Made by a program: the position numbers and the translations under genes | Source: an uncultured Actinomycetota bacterium | GTDB lineage: Bacteria > Actinomycetota > Actinomycetes > JAHEKZ01 | Assembly: GCA_963718235.1 (NCBI GenBank) | Contig: CAVQYR010000002.1 | Location: 768,001 to 832,000 of the forward strand | Reading direction: 5' to 3' | Length of the DNA stretch: 64,000 nucleotides | Part shown: one piece after another, positions 60,782 through 64,000 of the stretch | Numbering within the stretch: the stretch's first letter is position 1 | Layout of the letters: the number at the start of each line of letters is the position of its first letter | Notes under the pieces: generated by a model | Databases searched by the model: none | What the model was told of the DNA's origin: nothing | What the model saw: the letters and a program-made list of their open reading frames with translations, nothing else

Positions 60782-62206
60782 GTGGCAGCACAGATCCCGG
60801 ACCCGACAGGCTCACGGTTCCTTTCGTCGTTGGCCGACGCATCCCCACGGTCGCTGTGGCTCGACGATCCCGGCGCTCCTGAACCAGCCCCGGCCCTGGT
60901 CGGCCGGGTGCGGTGCGACCTGCTCGTCGTGGGTGGTGGCTTCACCGGCCTGTGGGCGGCCCTGCAGGCCAAGGAGGACGACCCGTCGCTCGACGTCGTC
61001 GTCCTCGAGGGCCGCGAGGTGGGGTGGGCGGCGTCGGGTCGAAACGGTGGCTTCGTGTCCAGCAGCCTGACCCATGGGCTGATCAACGGCGTCGAGCGCT
61101 TCCCCGACGAGATGCAGACCCTCGAGCGACTGGGCCACGAGAACCTCCAGGGCATCGAGGAGTCGCTGAAGACCTACGGGATCGACGCCGACTGGGAGCG
61201 CAACGGCGAGCTGACCGTCGCGTACGAGCCGTGGCAGATGGAGCACATCAAGACCATGCCCGAGCTGGGCGAGCGCTACGGCAGCACCGTGGAGGTGTGG
61301 GACGCCGAGCGGATCCAGGCCGAGGTCGCGTCGCCGACCTACGTGGGGGCCGCGTACGAGGCCGAGGGGACCGCGCTGGTCAACCCGGCCAAGCTCGCGT
61401 GGGGGCTGCGGAAGGCGTGCCTCGACCTGGGGGTGCGACTGTTCGAGCGCACACCGGTGACCGGACTGGCCGAGGAGTCCGGTCGCATGGTTGCCACGAC
61501 GGCTTACGGCCAGGTGCAGGCGAGCAAGGTCGCCTTGGGCACCAACGTGTTCCCGAGCCTGGTGAGACGGGCCCGCCCGTACGTCGTGCCGGTGTGGGAC
61601 TACGTGCTGGCGACCGAGCCGCTGACCGCTGACCAGCGCGCGTCGATCGGCTGGCAGCAGCGGCAGGGGATCGGTGACTCGGCCAACCAGTTCCACTACT
61701 ACCGGCTGACGGCCGACGACCGGATCCTGTGGGGCGGCTACGACGCGATCTACTACTTCGGCAACGGCATGGACTCCAGGCACGAGCACCGCCCTGAGAC
61801 CTACGCCAAGCTCGCCGCGCACTTCTTCACCACCTTCCCGCAGCTGGAGGGGGTGCGGTTCAGCCACGCCTGGGGTGGTGCGATCGACACCTGCACGCGG
61901 TTCTGTGCCTTCTGGGGACAGGCCTACGGCGGGAAGGTGGCCTATGTCGGCGGGTACACCGGCCTGGGCGTGGGGGCCACCCGGTTCGGTGCCCGGGTGC
62001 TGCTGGACCTGCTGTCGGGGCGGCCTACCCCGCGCACGGAGCTGGACTTCGTGCGAAACAAGCCGCTGCCCTTCCCCCCCGAGCCGGTGAAGTTCGCCGG
62101 GATCCAGCTGACTCGCTGGTCGATCGACCAGGCCGACCGGAACCAGGGGCGACGTAACTCCTGGCTGCGCACGCTCGACCGGCTGGGCCTGGGCTTCGAC
62201 TCCTGA
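60782..62206 (+). CDS. FAD-dependent amine oxidoreductase (PuuB-like), second copy
   Basis: VGGGFTGLWAA, AASGRNGG, NPAKL, ATEPL, GYTGLGVG. Confidence 0.88.
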   Translation: MAAQIPDPTGSRFLSSLADASPRSLWLDDPGAPEPAPALVGRVRCDLLVVGGGFTGLWAALQAKEDDPSLDVVVLEGREVGWAASGRNGGFVSSSLTHGLINGVERFPDEMQTLERLGHENLQGIEESLKTYGIDADWERNGELTVAYEPWQMEHIKTMPELGERYGSTVEVWDAERIQAEVASPTYVGAAYEAEGTALVNPAKLAWGLRKACLDLGVRLFERTPVTGLAEESGRMVATTAYGQVQASKVALGTNVFPSLVRRARPYVVPVWDYVLATEPLTADQRASIGWQQRQGIGDSANQFHYYRLTADDRILWGGYDAIYYFGNGMDSRHEHRPETYAKLAAHFFTTFPQLEGVRFSHAWGGAIDTCTRFCAFWGQAYGGKVAYVGGYTGLGVGATRFGARVLLDLLSGRPTPRTELDFVRNKPLPFPPEPVKFAGIQLTRWSIDQADRNQGRRNSWLRTLDRLGLGFDS

Positions 62207-62342
62207 CCCAGCAAGTCGGTTTGCAGGGTGTATCCCAGACTGCTGGATCAGCGACAGCGTGCGACTTGATCGATCGGCTGCCGCGCGAGCAGACTGGGTG
62301 CACCGCGCAGACTCACCTCACCGGCACCAGGAAGGCACCGTC

Positions 62343-63848
62343 ATGAGCAGCCCAGCGAGCAAGCACGTCACCCACTGGATCGACGGCAAGCCGTTCGGTG
62401 GGGTGGCCGACCGCAGCGGGGACATCTTCGACCCGGCCACCGGCCAGGTCACCGGTCGGGTCGACTTCGCCGACGTCGCCCTCGTCGACGAGGCCGTCGC
62501 AGCCGCCCATGCAGCGGCCCAGGAGTGGGGACAGGCGTCGCTGGCCAAGCGCACCCAGGTGCTCTTCAGGTTCCGCGAGCTGCTCGACGCCCGCAAGGAG
62601 GAGATCGCCGCGATCATCACCGCCGAGCACGGCAAGGTGCTGTCGGACGCGCTCGGTGAGGTGAGCCGCGGCCAGGAGATCGTCGAGTTCGCCTGCGGGA
62701 TCCCCCATCTGGTCAAGGGCGGGTTCTCCGAGAACGTGTCGACCCGGGTCGACTCGTACTCGATCCGTCAGTCCCTCGGTGTGGTTGGCATCATCAGCCC
62801 GTTCAACTTCCCGGCGATGGTCCCGATGTGGTTCTTCCCGATCGCCATCGCCACCGGCAACACCGTGATCCTCAAGCCCAGTGAGAAGGACCCCTCCACC
62901 GCCAACTACCTGGCCGAGCTGTGGGCCGAGGCGGGACTCCCGGCGGGCGTCTTCAACGTGGTGCACGGCGACAAGGTGGCCGTCGACCGGCTGCTGGAGC
63001 ACCCGGACGTCAAGAGCATCTCGTTCGTCGGCTCGACGCCGATCGCCAAGTACGTGTACGAGACGGGTACCGCGCACGGAAAGCGCGTTCAGGCCCTCGG
63101 CGGGGCGAAGAACCACATGCTGGTGCTGCCCGACGCCGACCTCGACCTCGCCGCGGACCAGGCGATCAACGCCGGCTTCGGATCTGCGGGTGAGCGCTGC
63201 ATGGCGATCTCGGTGGTGCTCGCGGTCGACCCGATCGGCGACGAGCTGATCGCCAAGATCGTGGAGCGGATGGGCCGGCTGCGCACGGGCGACGGTCGTC
63301 GCGGCGCCGACATGGGTCCGCTCGTGACCGGGCAGCACCGGGACAAGGTGACCGGGTATGTGGCGGCCGGTGTCGACGAGGGGGCGACCCTGGTCGTCGA
63401 CGGTCGCGACGTTCAGCCCGACGGCGACGCCGACGGCTTCTGGCTCGGGCCGACGCTCTTCGACCAGGTCACCCCTGACATGTCCATCTACAAGGAGGAG
63501 ATCTTCGGCCCGGTGCTCTCGGTCGTCCGGGTGCCCTCCTACGACGCCGGGGTGCGCCTCATCAACGACCACCCCTACGGCAACGGAACGGCGATCTTCA
63601 CCAACGACGGGGGAGCGGCGCGCCGGTTCCAGAACGAGGTCGAGGTCGGCATGATCGGGGTCAACGTCCCGATCCCCGTGCCGATGGCGTACTACTCGTT
63701 CGGCGGCTGGAAGAGCTCGCTGTTCGGAGACCTGCACGCTCATGGTCTGGACGGCATCGCGTTCTTCACTCGTGGCAAGGTCGTGACCAGCCGCTGGCTG
63801 GACCCGAGCCACGGAGGCCTGAACCTCGGGTTCCCCCAGAACATCTGA
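62343..63848 (+). CDS. mmsA: CoA-acylating (methyl)malonate-semialdehyde dehydrogenase
   Basis: PFNFPAM, KPSEKDP, GGAKNH, GSAGERCMA, GVNVPIPVP. Confidence 0.92.
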   Translation: MSSPASKHVTHWIDGKPFGGVADRSGDIFDPATGQVTGRVDFADVALVDEAVAAAHAAAQEWGQASLAKRTQVLFRFRELLDARKEEIAAIITAEHGKVLSDALGEVSRGQEIVEFACGIPHLVKGGFSENVSTRVDSYSIRQSLGVVGIISPFNFPAMVPMWFFPIAIATGNTVILKPSEKDPSTANYLAELWAEAGLPAGVFNVVHGDKVAVDRLLEHPDVKSISFVGSTPIAKYVYETGTAHGKRVQALGGAKNHMLVLPDADLDLAADQAINAGFGSAGERCMAISVVLAVDPIGDELIAKIVERMGRLRTGDGRRGADMGPLVTGQHRDKVTGYVAAGVDEGATLVVDGRDVQPDGDADGFWLGPTLFDQVTPDMSIYKEEIFGPVLSVVRVPSYDAGVRLINDHPYGNGTAIFTNDGGAARRFQNEVEVGMIGVNVPIPVPMAYYSFGGWKSSLFGDLHAHGLDGIAFFTRGKVVTSRWLDPSHGGLNLGFPQNI

Positions 63849-63867
63849 CACCAGAACACCTGACACC
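63836..63867. repeat. 15-bp tandem duplication of the mmsA 3' end
   Basis: CCAGAACATCTGACA / CCAGAACACCTGACA. Confidence 0.7.
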
Positions 63868-64000
63868 CGGTTGGCCGATCGACGCGGGTGGCACCGTGGT
63901 CGACCATGACTCCTTGTGACCGCGCGACTGGCCGACCCACGAACTGACGTCGTCGCTGTGCTCCGTCGGTTCCACGCAGCGGTGGCCGAGCGCCGCGGCG

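Noticed and set aside
63870-64000. Gene at the right edge of the window
   Set aside because: Too little sequence to support a call

Overview
High-GC actinobacterial (Actinomycetes-like) chromosome with no rRNA, tRNA, CRISPR or IS element visible. About 1-41 kb is the conserved core run: ddl, thiL, rpmB, DAK2, recG, rsmD, coaD, sepIVA-like, yceD, rpmF, rnc, mutM, smc, ftsY, ffh, rpsP, khpA, rimM, trmD, rplS, lepB x2, NUDIX x2, rnhB, DUF2469, yraN, comM, dprA, xerC, whiG, M23, rpsB, tsf, pyrH, frr, cdsA and rlmN. It is interrupted by a 4-kb islet at 24.8-28.7 kb: a VOC protein plus a membrane class III nucleotide cyclase/beta-propeller translationally coupled to an orphan family-5 solute-binding protein. 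About 41-64 kb is accessory catabolic DNA: a glutarate CoA-transferase/GntR/glutaryl-CoA dehydrogenase module, a GNAT-AAA+ fusion, a glycosyltransferase-glucosamine kinase-SIS operon and a polyamine-type cluster (PuuR-like, two PuuB-like, class III aminotransferase, Lrp, two aminoaldehyde dehydrogenases, PotD, MmsA). The two best candidates for undescribed biology are the cyclase + SBP sensing pair with charge-swapped specificity residues and the His-less GT1/kinase/SIS operon among amine-catabolic genes. Also seen: a frameshifted dprA, compensating indels in the rpsB tail, stop-codon-spanning tandem duplications, an unannotated 55-aa membrane protein and many leaderless starts. All calls come from motif recognition and gene order; no database searches were run.
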